Source of the DNA: Malacoraja senta
Taxonomy: Eukaryota
Direction: 5' to 3'
Assembly (NCBI GenBank): GCA_038087875.1
Contig: JAXLNO010000568.1
Span: forward strand, 1-59,244
DNA: 59,244 nucleotides
The position numbers and the translations under genes were made by a program. Position 1 is the stretch's first letter. Every line of letters begins with the position of its first letter. Positions 22,771 through 36,390 of this stretch are shown here, piece by piece. The notes beneath the pieces were generated by a model. The model searched no databases and had not been told where the DNA came from. It saw nothing but the letters and a program-made list of their open reading frames with translations.

Positions 22771-23666
22771 TGACTGAAATCCTAACGGGAATCCCAAAAT
22801 TCCCAGCCGCTCCACACGGCTGACACATCTCATGGTCAAGTTGGTTTACAAACCAACTCTCCCGAGCAGTCTCCTGCTGTGGGGCTGTAACTTGTGCTCT
22901 GCGGACAGCACAGTTTGTTTACAAAACTATCCTTTTCAATTCAAAACTGATTACTGCATGTAGCCTACATTTGAATTACATTTGAAGACTGGTTTTCATT
23001 TGTACTAATGCTTGCTTACCACATAATAACTTAAAGAATAACTTTGTCGAACAGCCACTAAAATGTGTCATTGCATTGAACTGGGACTGGAGTTGGGGCA
23101 GCAGAAAGGCAGGGAGCAGTAGGGGGAGGAGTGCGGTTCAAGCATTGAATGGTGGACCTCAGTCACCATGGCAATGGGTTCATGTGAGAAACTGAAGCAT
23201 TTAACTATTGCAAAAGTATGTGGCTTTTATTTCCCTTAAAAAGATATTGGATAATATTCCTGAAAGCATTATCTTTATTAATTTAAGTGTGTCCAACTGA
23301 GCTGCTCTGAGGCATGGTTTGGGGTTAGTGATATTCCAATGAGTTTGGATAGAATGTGGATAAAAGCAGTTTTGAAACTCTTCTGATATTTGGCGTTGTT
23401 TTCTTTGAACTGTCGATTTCATACAAAGATGAAAAATTGACCGCACAATTTCTACCAATCCACATATCAGCTCAATCATTATTTGCTCTTTGCTTCTAAC
23501 ATAATAGTATACAGCCAAACTTTCATAGCTTTTGCAACAGTTACTGTTCTTTCTCAGAAATCTATTGATGGCAAAGTTCCACTGAACAAACATCATTTGC
23601 AAATTATATTCCATTTCACTCTGCCAGTTTTCCACACAAAGCCCTTGCTGACATTTAGTTCTCATA

Positions 23667-23975
23667 CCTGGGATGTGAGGTTGCTACAAAGCCAGTATTT
23701 ATTGCCCATCCCTAATTGCCCCCTGAACATAGTGGAGGGCGGGACCATCTCACAGGACAGTTAAGAGCCAACCACATTGCTATAGGCCTGGAATCACGTG
23801 GAAGTCAAATCAGGTGAGTTTTCCTCACCAGAAGGGCATTGTGATCCAGGTGGGTTTGCCAGCAATCTGGTGCCTTCACAGTCAACATCATTGAATCTGG
23901 AACTTAATTCATGAATTAATTATTCATTTTTATTTCAATTCCCCAGATTTCAAAGCAGGATTTGGATTCATATTT
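23667..23975 (-). mobile_element. Old SINE/LINE 3' fragment
   Basis: Reverse strand ends gggcaattagggatgggcaataaatactggc..cacatccc; a related motif occurs at about 19195-19270. Confidence 0.55.
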
Positions 23976-24559
23976 CCAGATGGAGAATCAAGCCCTCTTC
24001 ATATTGAATCACCAGAACTCGACACTGTCGTCTCTATAGTCTCTCTATTAGTTTCTCATTGAGCTGTGCTTTCCCAAGGTAATACTCTTTGCAAACTGGT
24101 GGATAAATTGCTCCCAGTGTCTCAGTAAACAAATATGCATGCGGAATGGCTACAATTTTTGTGTGTCCGATCCAGCAAATAGATGCCCTTTCTGCAAGCA
24201 CAATCCACACCCAGAAATGCTTGGTGACGTTAGCGGAGTGGCACAAATAGACCCGTAAACTGTTATAATTCTGTTCAATCCTGACAAATGGTTTTATAAA
24301 ATGTGAAAGTGCTCAGGAATATGATAGATTTTCTAAATACAATCTGCTTGATCATTGATCATTAATCTCCGAATTGTATATGGGCTATGAAAATATAAAC
24401 AAACTCGGCTGGAGATGGCAAGGGAAGCTACAGTATGTGTCCATACTGCAGCATGTGGGAGTTAGTGATCAGTGCAACTTTCCTCGGGATGTCCATGTCT
24501 GCATGAAAGGATTCTACCTTCAATCACTTGGGCTCTACATCAGTGATGTAGTCAACTAT

Positions 24560-25233
24560 TTACAATATATATTCATGATTTAGATGATGGAATTAAAAGT
24601 AGCACTAGCAAATTTGCAGATGCCACAAAGCTGGGTGGCATTATGAACTGCAAAGAGGATGTTACAGGTTGAGTGAGTGGCAGATGCATGGCAGATGCAG
24701 TATAATGTAGATAAATGTGAGAGTATCCACTATGGTGGCAAGAACAAGGAGGCAGATTATTATCTCAATGGTGTCAGATTAGGTAAAAGAGAAGCGCAAT
24801 GAGACCTGGGTGTCCTTGTACACCAGTCAATGAAAGTAAACATGCAGGTACAGCAGGCAGTGAAGAAAGCTAATGGCATGTTGGCCTTCATAATGAGAAG
24901 ATTTGAGTACAGGAGTAAAGCGGTCCTTCTGCAGTTTTTTTTCCGCCCTCTAAAAATAAAGGGGAGGCCATTAAAAACTGAGATAAAATACTTTTTCACC
25001 CAGAGAGTTGTGAATCTGTGAAATTCTCTGCTACTGAAGGCAGTGGAGGCCAATTCACTGGACGTTTTCAAGAGAGTTAGATTTAGCTCTTAGGGCTATC
25101 GGAATCAAGGGGTATGGGGAGAAAGCAGGAACGGGGTACTGATTCTGGATGATCAGCCATGATCATATTGAATGGCAGTGCTGGCTCGAAGGGCCGAATG
25201 GCCTACACCTGCACCTATGTTCTATGTTTCTAT
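24560..25233 (+). mobile_element. CR1 LINE 3' fragment with internal deletion (in the inverted-repeat spacer)
   Basis: [32 protein letters not shown], then 3' UTR and tail. Confidence 0.9.
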
Positions 25234-26810
25234 GAATGTGAGATTCAGGCAACGGACACAGCAGCAGTGTGGAGCGGCTGGGAATTTTGGGATTCCCGTT
25301 AGGATTTCAGTCACAGAAGACAGTAGATGCCATTTTACTGGATGAATTTCAAAGAGAGTTAGATAGAGCTCTAGGGGTGAGCAGAATCAAGGGATATGGG
25401 GAGAAGGCAGGAACAGGCTACTGATTGTGGATGATCAGCCATGATCACAATGAATGGCGGTGCTGGCTCGAAGGGCCAAATGGCCTACTCCTGCACCTAT
25501 TGTCTATGTTTCTCTGTTTCTATGTCAGGTGAGATATGGGAACATGAGGTTAATCACTAGAGGGAGAGGAGAAACTTGGATAATTTTAAACTGAACAATT
25601 TCACTCTGTGGATTTTGACAAAAGTAAAGAAAAGGTTGAGATTGTTAGGAAGCTGGGTAGTGGGGATTTAAGAGAGATTGAGAAGAGGTTCTATTGACAC
25701 TGCTCCCTTTACAAGTGTTGTGGAACCTCCAAAATTATAAAGTATTTGTAAGTATTTGAATATCATTAATCCAGGTGTACTTGATTTTACTTGTGAAGCA
25801 TTTCTTTACTCATTCAGTTATTCTCGACAATATGAGCATCACTGTCAAGGTTAGTGGTTTCCCCCCATTGTTAATTCTACTCAAGACAGTGGTAGATTGC
25901 TTTCCTAAACCTTTCTATTCCTTCCGGTGAAAGTACTCCCACAGTTATACTAGGTAGGGAGTTGCAGCATTAAGAAGCAGTATCGATAAAGGAAAGGTGA
26001 TTCATTTCTTGTTATCATGGGGCAAGCAATTCCTGACACCACAAAACCTCTCCATCAGCGGCAAGGCCCAATTCAGGAGGGTGCAATGCCTTGATGAATG
26101 TTACTCCAGTGATACTGAAGAAGCACAACATCATCCAGGACATAGCATGCCCCCATCTACGACTGTAATCTTCTTTGTTTCCACCACTTGTGTACAGTGA
26201 TCTCGGTCTCAATCAACCACCGCAAGGTGTCTCAATGTTCATTGCTAAGGCTACTTGAATAACACCTCTCATATCAGTGATCCCATCAACCAAGAAAGAC
26301 AATGGCAACAGGCCCATGGGATCACCACATGCTGTGGGTGCCTCTCCAGTCATGACTTGGAAATCCATTGCTGTTCCTTCATTCCTATCAAGAGCACAGT
26401 GGGAGCATCATTCACTGGCTATGTAAGGATGTTCACATCCTCATGGGCTAAAAATGGAAGCCTGAGCAGTGAGGCCCACATCCTAAACAATTGATTTCTA
26501 AGCAAACAATCTGAATGGAATCAGAAAGGGCACCTCATCATCAGCTCAGCAGTTAGTCTTGTCCGCATCGTGAGAAGAAATCTAATCAAGTTCCTTCCTT
26601 AATCCGGGTTAACAAATCATTTCCCCCCATATTGTGTGAATTCTGCAGAGAAATACAATTCACTTTTATTGCTGCTTCACCCTCTGTTTTGATATTTTTC
26701 CCCAGCTCCTGAATATTTCTCTTCTTAATTCATCTCATCTCCCCCTCCAACCCACACTGTCTGTCACTCTCACATTCTAAACACTGGGATCACCAATGAT
26801 CTCAACACTG

Positions 26811-27670
26811 GTGGGTGGGCGACGCGACTCACGTCACAGCGGCCTCTGCAGTCTGTCTGTCTTTTCTTGTTTTTCTTCTTGTTTCGTTTGAGTTTTGTTT
26901 ATAGTGGTTTTTTAACTGGATATGTGTGGGGGGCGTGGAACGGGGGGTGGGGGAAACTTTTAAAATCTTTTCACTGCATGGGAGACCAGACCTTTCTCAG
27001 TCGGGTCTCCGTTGTCGTTGGGGCCTAGCACCGTGGAGAGGCCTCCAACCGGAACGACCTGGGGCTCCAGTCGCGGAGCCGGTGGACTTACTCACCATCG
27101 CGGAGCTGGCCAAGTTCGGAATGGGAGGAGCTGTGGTGGCGCGCTGCTGCGGCCCGACCCCGGAGATTCGGAGGCTCCAGCCGCCGGCCCGGTGGACGGT
27201 GACATCGGGAGCTCGCGGGTCCCTGGTGGGAGAACGCTTTTCGGGGCTCCCGCAACGGCGAGTCCTCCCGCCCGAGTTGCAGGGTTGAAGATGACCTGGA
27301 GCGGGGTCTTACATCGCCCGGAGTGGCTTTAAATGGCTGCTGGACTTGCTAGCGCCCGCCGTTGGCTCCAACATCAAGACCTGGAGCGTGGCCTTGCATC
27401 GCCCGGCGCGGCTTTAATGGCCGCGGGACTTATTTACCATCGCCCGCCAGGGGCTTTGACTTTGACATCGGGAGGAGAATGGGGAGTGCAGGGGAGAGAT
27501 AAGACTTTGCCTTCCATCACAGTGAGGAGGAGATTCACTGTGATGGATGTTTGTGTAAATTGTGTTGTGTCTTGGTTCTTTTTACTTGTTTGTATGACTG
27601 CAGAAACCAAATTTCGTTTGAACTTCATTTGAGGTTCAAATGGCAATAAACGGTATTGTATTGTATTGTA
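26811..27670 (+). mobile_element. GC-rich non-autonomous retroposon-like repeat
   Basis: Abrupt GC-rich block ending caataaa plus (gtatt)n; flanked by tcaacactg / tcacacactg (putative TSD); no recognisable protein. Confidence 0.65.
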
Positions 27671-28344
27671 TCACACACTGTCTTATCTGGTGCAAGCAGA
27701 AGTGTAAACAGGGCCTAACACAGATCCTTCCTCTTTTACGCTGATGTTATCTTCAGATACAACTTCTCTATTTACCCATTACATTTAAAAGTAATTCCTT
27801 ATAATTCTATTTGTGTAATTTTTTTAAAATACGTGAGAACAGAACATATCTGTGTGTGCTGAGGATGCATTTATTATAAGGATAGTAACTAAAAGACAGA
27901 GAAGCTCAAGTATCTGTGTTTGTCAGTGATTGGGATAAATTGTGGCAGATAATCTACAGTATGGTGCAAAGGAGAAGATTTATTCCAATTAGTTTTTTCG
28001 AATATCAGCATCAAAGTCAATATTTATTATCCATCCCTAACTGCCTTGGAGAAGATGGCGGTGAGCTGCCTTCTTGAAGCTCTGCAATACTTTTGGTGAA
28101 GATGCTCTCACACAGCTATCAGGACTTAGTCAGAGTCATGGAACCACAGAGTCGTACAGCACAGAAACAGCTGCAACTCGTCCATGCTGACCTAGTTTCC
28201 TCATCAAACTTAGTTCCATTTGCCCCATATCCCTCTAAATCTTTCCGTTCCATGAACCTGTTCAAGTGTCTTTTAATTGCAATGTTAGTACTTGCTTCAA
28301 CTACCTCCTCTGGCAGCTCATCACATATACCTACTACCCTTTAT

Positions 28345-28960
28345 AGACAATAGGTGCAGGAGTAGGCCATACGGCCCTTCAAGCCAGCACCGCCATTCAA
28401 TGTGATCATGGCTGATCATCCACAATCAGTACCCCGTTCCTGCCTTCTCCCCATATCCCCTGACTACTATCTTCAAGAGCCCTATCCAGCTCTGTCTTGA
28501 AAGCATCCAGTGAACCGGCCTCCACAACCCTCTGAGGCAGAGAATTCTACATATTCACAACCCTCTGTGTGAAAACGTTTTTCCTCATCTCCGTTCTAAA
28601 TGGCTTGCCCCTTATTCTTAAACTGTGGTCCCTGGTTCTGGACTCTCCCAACATTAGGAACATGTTTCCTGCCTCTAGCTTGTCCAAACCCTTAATAATC
28701 TTATATGTTTCAATAAGATACCCTCTCATCCTTCTAAACTCCAGAGTATACAAGCCCAGCCGCTCCATTCTCTCAGCATATGACAGTCGCGTCATCCCAG
28801 GAATTAACCTTGTAAACCTACGCTGCACTCCCTCAATAGCAAGAATGTCCTTCCTCAAATTAGGAGACCAAAACTGCACACAATACTCCAGGTATGGTCT
28901 CACTAGGGCCCTGTACAACTGCAGATGGATCACTTTGCTTCTGTACTCAACTCCTCTTGT
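28345..28960 (-). mobile_element. CR1 LINE 3' fragment (mirror of 18310-18930)
   Basis: ORF 28547..28933 [19 protein letters not shown]. Confidence 0.92.
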
Positions 28961-30089
28961 TTGAATCTTTTATCCTTTGAATGTAAAGGATGCCCTTCGT
29001 GTTCATATTAAACCTTATCATCTCACCTCAAATCCGTGTCCTCTGGTTCTTGATACCCCCACACTGGGTAAAAGGCTCTGTTCATTCAGCCTATCTATTC
29101 CGCTCAATAATTCAACTATCTCAGCCTCCTGCACTCCAAGGAATAAAGTCTGAGGGAGCACAATTTTTCAGGCCCATACAGCTGATCCAATATTGGCCTC
29201 AACACCACCTTCCCACTTTCCCCACGTCTCCTGACTTCTGTTGAGTTTATAGTCAATCATCCTCTACCTTGAACATAGTCAATATCTCAGCCTCTGCAGC
29301 TCCTTTGGGAAGATGACATCAAAAACTGTTGTGCCAGTCAGAGCAATATGGGATGACTTTGGTGTAATGACAAAACATTGTCCTCAATGAGAACTGTGCA
29401 ATGGTCTTCTGATTTCTGCCAAAGCCATGGTCAACAGATTCACCTGTTGCAGGTGGACAGGAGAGGAGGAGGTCAAGTAGGTCAATCCCTTGTGTTGGCT
29501 CATTCTCTACCTGCTGTAGAAAGAGCCTGGCAGACACATCCTTCAGGGTTCAGCCATCTCAGTGAGTGGTCGTGTGACCAAGCCACTCCCAATGATGGAT
29601 GCTGAGGTCCACACCCAGTGTACACTCTGTACTCTTGCTTCTTTTAATGTCATTTGACATTTTGCTCAGCTCACCAATAACGGTGGGCATTCATTAGGAC
29701 AGTGAAAGCTTCCTATGGTGAAATCTGTGGGCTCCTTCCCATGAAGAGGTAAGTGAGGAAACAATATGTTCTTTCTCCTTTCACTAGGGCCAATCCTCTC
29801 TCTGGGAATGGTTCAGTTTATCCTAATGGGTGCAATGGAATTTCCAGCATGTTTAATGAACACAACCCTCTATGGAGGTTTTTTCATCATGAAATGGCAG
29901 GACTTCCCTGGATTGCATGTACTCTCTCGTGGAACATCAGGCCCAGCAGGATGCAGCAAAGCACCTGGAGCTCTCCCATTTGAGATCCATTCGAAATGTT
30001 CAAAATCGCAAAGGTGCAAGTTCGATTCCAGATGGAATCTTTATTTGTTGTATAATTCTAAATCTGAACCCATTTGTATCAACACCAGT

Positions 30090-33000
30090 GGACTTCCGGT
30101 AGCGCCATGGAACACTAAAGGCGCTGCATTGAGCTCCTCTCCCATAAACGTCGCTAAAAAGCCGTTTTAAAGTCGGGACCGATTTTTAAAAACTGCTTGG
30201 CGTCGCATGAGGGTAACGTCATCAGAAAGCGACGCTAATATCGGGAGTTTAACGGTAAAAACCGAGACTTTTAAATGAGAAGAGAGAAAAGCTTACGAGC
30301 ACCTAAGAAGATCACTATAAAGGCTCTGTCTTACGGTGTTGCGGTCATCGGCGGTCATCGGCGGTGAAGCGCGGCTTCACCTGTAGAGTGGACCGCACGG
30401 CAATGGCGAGAGCGCCGAGCCTATGCCACGGGAGCACCGCACGGATGCTGCGCGGGGGCCGAGTGATTTAAATACGGCTGGTCCCACGTGCTTGCAGTAA
30501 GTAAAAAAAAAGGGCGGGCCGACTGCGATGACGTCATTTTGGATCTGAGGGGCTGTGGCGGTGGCCGTCCTGATCGCGGCGCTGTAGAGGTGGCTGTGGC
30601 GGCGGCCGTGCCGCACACGTGACTCACTAGCGGAGGCTGTGGCGGTGCAAGTTTGACGCACGGCGCTCGAGCCACACTGGCGGCGGCTGTGGCGGCGGCT
30701 GTGCCGCACTCGTGCATCACTGGTGGAGGCTGTGCGGTAGGAAAATATTTTTGAACAGTGTAGGTTTTATTTTAGCACCATGCAGTGTTGGGAACAACGC
30801 CGCACGGCCCCGGAATTGTGCGTTCTCACGAGTGCGCGGTCTATGGCGGCCCAGGAGCGGTAGATTCTTCCCGTTTTGCCGCCAATGACCGCAGACTCGT
30901 GAGACAGGCGTTTTAGTCTCCTGCTTGAGAAAGTTTTTGATACTCTGCAAACGACAGAAGAAGGCTCAGAAGAAGAGTCTTACAGCCAAGGATCTGTGTT
31001 TGAAATGGCTGCAAAAGGAGAAAAGAAGGAGAAGGAGGTAAAGCAAATGCTTTTAGATATAACTGCTACAATCAACACGACACTGGAAAAGATGCAGAGT
31101 ATGGAGTCTAATATGGAGAGTAATAAGCAGAGTATGGAGACTAATATGGAGATAATTTCTCAAAAAATTGATAGTGCTTGTGGTGAGTTAAAGGAGCTGA
31201 AGAAGCAATATAAGGAGTTTGATAAAAAAATTAAGTTAGAATGTGCTAGAATCGAAAATGACTATAATAAAAAATTTACTGATGTAAATGATAATATGGG
31301 AGATATTGATGAGAGAATGGAAGAGATGGAAAAAGACATGAAAGAGATGATCACGGAAATAAAGAGTTTGAAAAAATCAAAGAAATCTGAAGAAGAAAAA
31401 CTTGCAAGAAAGACTGACAAATGTCTGGACTTGGAAGCGAGATCGAGAAGGCAGAATTTGAGAATTGTTGGAGTAAGAGAAGGGCGAGAAGGACTTGGAT
31501 CTCAAACACGTACTTTCGTTGCTGACTTACTCAAAGATGTTTTTAAACTGACAGAAGAATCAAGAATAGATATCGTTCACCGAGGTGGACGGGTTTTAAG
31601 AGACACAAATGCTCCTCCAAGACAGATAATTGTGAAATTTCTCGACATCTCTTCAGTGGAATTTATATTGAATAAGATTATCCATGGGGAGAAGCTGACA
31701 TATCGTGGGGATAATATTCGATTTTTCCATGATTATCCTCCGGAGGTCGTCCAGAGAAGGAACTTGTTTACTCAGACAAGTAACATTTTAAGAGGAATAC
31801 CCCATGTCAGATATGGGGTGGTCTACCCAGCAAAAATGAAGATTACTCATAATGGCACTGAGCGCTCATTTACAGATCCCGAAAAAGCTTTTAAGTACGC
31901 ATGTTATCGTAAAGAAAACATCGGGGGAAGAGGTCGACAAGCAAGAAGACTGAATTTTTAAACTTTTAAGATAGAGTTCTGAACTGGTTAAGATGGCGGA
32001 TTTTTCCAGACAGTTACCAAGCTTATCTGTCTGGAATGTGTATTTGAGAGCATTGTCCATGTTTCACCTTGAATGAAAAGCTCAAAGATAAACAAAAGGA
32101 CGTTGAAGATACAGAAGTAATGAGGGAATGTATAATGGACATGGCACGAGATAATACTAATTGAAATATAAAATATAAAAACTGTTGATTTAAGAAAATA
32201 TCTAACCATTTTATTCTAAATTATAATTAACCAATTAATTTAACAAATTTAATAATACTAATTACTCGTGAATGTATGTAGTAAATATGAACAAATCATG
32301 AATAAACCATGAGACGGGGAAGGAGATTGGGAGTGTATAAATTATGATTTTATATATTTAAAAAGGGAAATGAACTAATATTACTGACATATACTTATAA
32401 ATGATATATGCTTATAAATAGTAACTAACTAAAATGTTTATAACATTACTAACGTACTTTTCTTGTGTGGGAAGGAGTTAGGTGCAGCATAAATCTGGAA
32501 AAGATCCAGGAATGAGGTTTTGTTTAACCCCTTGTTACCTGCTTGTATGGTAGTTAAAGAATGGGTTATTACGTAAGAATCTTGGGTGGACAATTATGAT
32601 AAAGTTTAGACTAGATTAAGGTTAGATAAATTGGAAAGGCATATATATTTATAGAACTAAGAATATGCTGTGTTTTATATTTGTTTTTTTATTTTTTATA
32701 TCTTTTTCTGAATCTTTTCGGTTTTCACTGTTGCTAGTTTGATAAATTTAAATAAGAATAAACAAGATATGAAACAGTCTGTAGCTTTTTATGAGGTTTT
32801 AATAAGGGATTGCAGCTCAATGTAAAACAACATCAATGGAAGTCCATAAATTTTTCGCCACCTTAGATGGCTACCTGTCTTTAAGGTATCTTTTCTTAGA
32901 TACCTTAACATCACTTCTTTTTTGAAATCACTATAAAGGCTTGTATTTGCTTCTTTTTTTTGTATTCAACTTTATATCACATTTTTTCTTTCTTTATCTA

Positions 33001-33575
33001 AGGTACTTTTTAAGAAGGAGATGTAATATAAATCTAAACACTTGGGATGACCACCCAACACCCAGAACTCTGAGGTATTTGCTTGCACCATATGATTCAG
33101 GAATACTATTTTGATATATAATGCAAGACGATAGACAAATAAAGAATGGAGGAATCACATTCTGTAGTTGGAATATAAGGGGTGCCAATGAACCAATAAA
33201 GAGGGGTAAAATGTTTGCTCAACTAAAATCTTTGAAAAGTGACATAATGTTTTTACAGGAAACCTACATGAAACAACAAACACAAATGAGATTAGATAGC
33301 GAAGTGGATAGGTCAAACATACTACTCGTCATTTACTTCTAAATCTAGAGGTACGGCTATTCTTATTCGAAAAGGTATACCTTTCAAATTAAAGAATACT
33401 ATATCAGATAAAGAGGGAAGGTATATTATAGTTTCGGGAGAAATTTATGCAACCCCACTAACTATGATAAATATTTACGCTCCGAATTTTGACAACCCCA
33501 AATTTTTTGATAACATTATAGATATAATACTAGAGTTTAATTACCAAAATGTGATAATAGGGGGGGACTTCAAAT
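30090..33575 (+). mobile_element. L1-clade LINE, 5' half (GC-rich 5' UTR, ORF1, AT-rich spacer, start of ORF2 endonuclease)
   Basis: Starts ggacttccggt where arm homology breaks; ORF2 pieces SWNIRG..MFLQETY, SDKEGRY, NIYAPN, IIGGDF. Confidence 0.9.
30996..31961 (+). CDS. L1 ORF1p (coiled coil, RRM, CTD)
   Basis: 321-aa ORF; heptad-rich N-terminus, LEARSRRQNLRIVGVREG, PRQIIVKF, FFHDYPPEV..RR, YPAKM. Confidence 0.88.
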   Translation: MFEMAAKGEKKEKEVKQMLLDITATINTTLEKMQSMESNMESNKQSMETNMEIISQKIDSACGELKELKKQYKEFDKKIKLECARIENDYNKKFTDVNDNMGDIDERMEEMEKDMKEMITEIKSLKKSKKSEEEKLARKTDKCLDLEARSRRQNLRIVGVREGREGLGSQTRTFVADLLKDVFKLTEESRIDIVHRGGRVLRDTNAPPRQIIVKFLDISSVEFILNKIIHGEKLTYRGDNIRFFHDYPPEVVQRRNLFTQTSNILRGIPHVRYGVVYPAKMKITHNGTERSFTDPEKAFKYACYRKENIGGRGRQARRLNF

Positions 33576-33594
33576 GTGGGGGTTGGGGGGCGGG

Positions 33595-33716
33595 GGACTT
33601 GGACAGGTTGGGGGAGTAGGCAGATGCATGGCAGATGAAGTTTAATGTGGATAAATGTGAGGTTATCCACTTTGGTAGCAAAAACAGGAAGGCAGATTAC
33701 TATCTAAATGGCGTCA
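33595..33716 (+). mobile_element. CR1 fragment (remnant mirror of 15976-16100)
   Basis: gacttggacaggttggggg...ctaaatggcgtca, then the inversion junction. Confidence 0.85.
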
Positions 33717-35868
33717 AATTAACCTTGTAAACCTACGCTGCATTCCCTCAATAGCAAGAATGTCCTTCCTCAAATTAGGGGACCAAAACTGCACACAATA
33801 CTCCAGGTGTGATCTCACTAGGGCTCTGTACAACTGCAGAAGGACCTCTTTGCTCCTATATTCAACTCTTCTTGTTATAAAGGCCAACATGCCATTTGCT
33901 TTCTTCACTGCCTGCTGTACCTACATGCTTACTTTCATAGACTGATGAACAAGGACCCCCAGATCCCGTTGTACTTCCCCTTTTCCCAACTTGACGCCAT
34001 TTAGATAGTAATCTGCCTTGCTGTTTTTGCTACCAAAGTGGATAACCTCACATTTATCTGCATTAAACTTCATCTGCCATGCATCTGCCCACTCCACCAA
34101 CCTGTCCAAGTCACCCTGCATTCTCATATAATCCTCCTCACAGTTCACACTGCCACCCAACTTTGTGTCATCTGCAAATTTGCTAATGTTACTTTGAATC
34201 CCTTCATCCAAATCATTGATGTATATTGTAAATAGCTGCGGTCCCAGCACCAAGCCTTGCGGTACCCAACTAGTCACTGCCCGCCATTCTGAAAGGGACC
34301 CGTTGATCCCTACTCTTTGTTTCCTGTCTGCCAAACACTTCTCTATCCATGTCAGCACTCTACCCCCAATACCATGTGCCCTAATTTTGCCCACTAATCT
34401 CCTACGTGGGACCTTATCAAATGCTTTCTGAAAGTCCAGGTACACTACATCCACTGGCTCTCCCTTGTCCATTTTCCTTGTTACACCTTCAAAAAATTCC
34501 AGAAGATTAGTCAAGCATGATTTCCCCTTCGTAAATCCATGCTGACTTGGGCCGATCCTGTTACTGCTATCCAAATGGGCGGCTATTTCATCTTTCATAA
34601 TTGACTCCAGCATCTTCCCCACCACCGATGTCAGGCTAACTGGTCTATAATTCACTGTTTGCTCTCTCCCGCCTTTCTTAAAAAGTGGGATAACATTAGC
34701 TGCCCTCCAATCCACAGGAATTGATCCTGAATCTATAGAACATTGGAAAATTATCACCAATGCATCCACGATTTCTAGAGCCACTTCCTTAAGTATCCTG
34801 GGATGCAGACCATCAGTCCCTGGGGATTTATGAGCCTTCAGCCCCTTCAGTCTATCCAACACCATTTCCTGCTTAATGTGGATTTCCTTCAGTTCCTCTG
34901 TCACCCCAGATCCTCTGGCCACTACTATATCAGGAAGATTGTTTGTGTCCTCCTTAGTGAAGACAGATCCAAAGTACCTGTTCAACTCATCTGCCATTTC
35001 CTTGTTCCCCATAATAAATTCACCTTTTTCGGTCTTCAAGGGTCCAACTTTGGTCTTAACTAATTTTTTCCTCTTCACATACCTAAAGAAGCTTTTACTA
35101 TCCTGCTTTATATTCTCGGCTAGCTTACCTTTGTACCTCATCTTTTCTCCCCGTATTGTCTTTTTGGTTATCTTCTGTTGTTCTTTAAACATTACCCAAT
35201 CCTCTTGCTTCCCGCTCATCTTTGCTATGTTGTACTTTTTCGCTTAAATTTTTATACTGTCCCTGACGTCCCTTGTCAGCCATGGTCGCCCCTTTCATAG
35301 AAACATAGAAACATAGACAACAGGTGCAGGAGTAGGCCATTCGGCCCTTCGAGCCTGCACCGCCATTCAATATGATCATGGCTGATCATCCAACTCAGTA
35401 TCCTGCACCTGCCTTCTCTCCATACCCCCTGATCCCTTTAGCCACAAGGGCCACATCTAACTCCTTCTTAAATATAGCCAATGAACTGGCCTCAACTACC
35501 TTCTGTGGCAGATAATTCCAGAGATTCACCACTCTCTGTGTGAATTTTGTTTTCTCATCTCAGTCCTAAAAGACTTCCCCCTTATCCTTAAACTGTGTGA
35601 CCCCTTGTTCTGGACTTCCCCAACATCGGGAACAATCTTCCTGCATCAAGCCTGTCCAACCCCTTAAGGTGATCCTGCACCTTCTGTATTATTCCTAGAA
35701 ACACCTGCCATTTTTGTTCCACTGTCATCCCTGCTAGTGTATCTTTCCAGTCACCTTTGGCCTGCTCCTCCCTCATGGCCCCATAGTCCCCTTTATTCAA
35801 CTGCAACACTGTGACCCCAATCTACCCTTCTCCCTCTCCAATTGTAGATTAAACCTGACCATGTTATT
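33717..35868 (-). mobile_element. CR1 LINE ORF2 fragment (mirror of 14293-15975) with a nested CR1 3' piece at 35297-35668
   Basis: ORF 33921..35219 has full RT motifs; the nested piece has its own (ctatgttt)n tail. Confidence 0.93.
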
Positions 35869-36009
35869 CTGAGCAGGTATTAAATAAACGCTTTGATGAT
35901 TGCAGTCCTTTGTCACAGAACTCCTCAGTGAGATTTTTTAACTTCATTTGAGTTCCACTTATATATGATTCTGTGTTTCAAAAGCAGTCATCGAGGCCAC
36001 ATCCACCGG

Positions 36010-36390
36010 AGATGTGAATGGGGATACAGACACAGATGTGAATGGGGTACAGACACAGATGTGAATGGGGTACAGACACACATGTGAATGGGGTACAGAC
36101 ACAGATGTGAATGGGGTACAGACACAGATGTGAATGGGGTACAGACACAGATGTGAATGGGGATACAGACACAGATGTGAATGGGGATACAGACACAGAT
36201 GTGAATGGGGTACAGACACAGATGTGAATGGGGTACAGACACAGATGTGAATGGGGATACAGACACAGATGTGAATGGGGTACAGACACAGATGGGGATA
36301 CAGACACAGATGTGAATGGGGATACAGACACAGATGTGAATGGGGTACAGACACAGATGGGGATACAGACATAGATGTGAATGGGGATAC
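36010..36390. repeat. 23-24-bp satellite (gatgtgaatgggg[a]tacagacaca)n, left block
   Basis: Direct tandem repetition. Confidence 0.97.

Larger units (their letters stand above)
14303..22817. repeat. Large inverted segmental duplication, left arm
   Basis: Unique and repeat sequence is collinear with the reverse complement of 25267-35760; paired ORFs include 17667-/29378+, 18028-/28990+, 18921-/28093+ and 19851+/26015-. Confidence 0.93.
25267..35760. repeat. Large inverted segmental duplication, right arm
   Basis: See left arm; it shares the same CR1 fold-back junction (about 33716 versus 15975). Confidence 0.93.

Noticed and set aside
23201..24583. ORFs in the inverted-repeat spacer (e.g. 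154 aa at 23201..23665)
   Set aside because: AT-rich, with no recognisable motifs or consistent splice signals.
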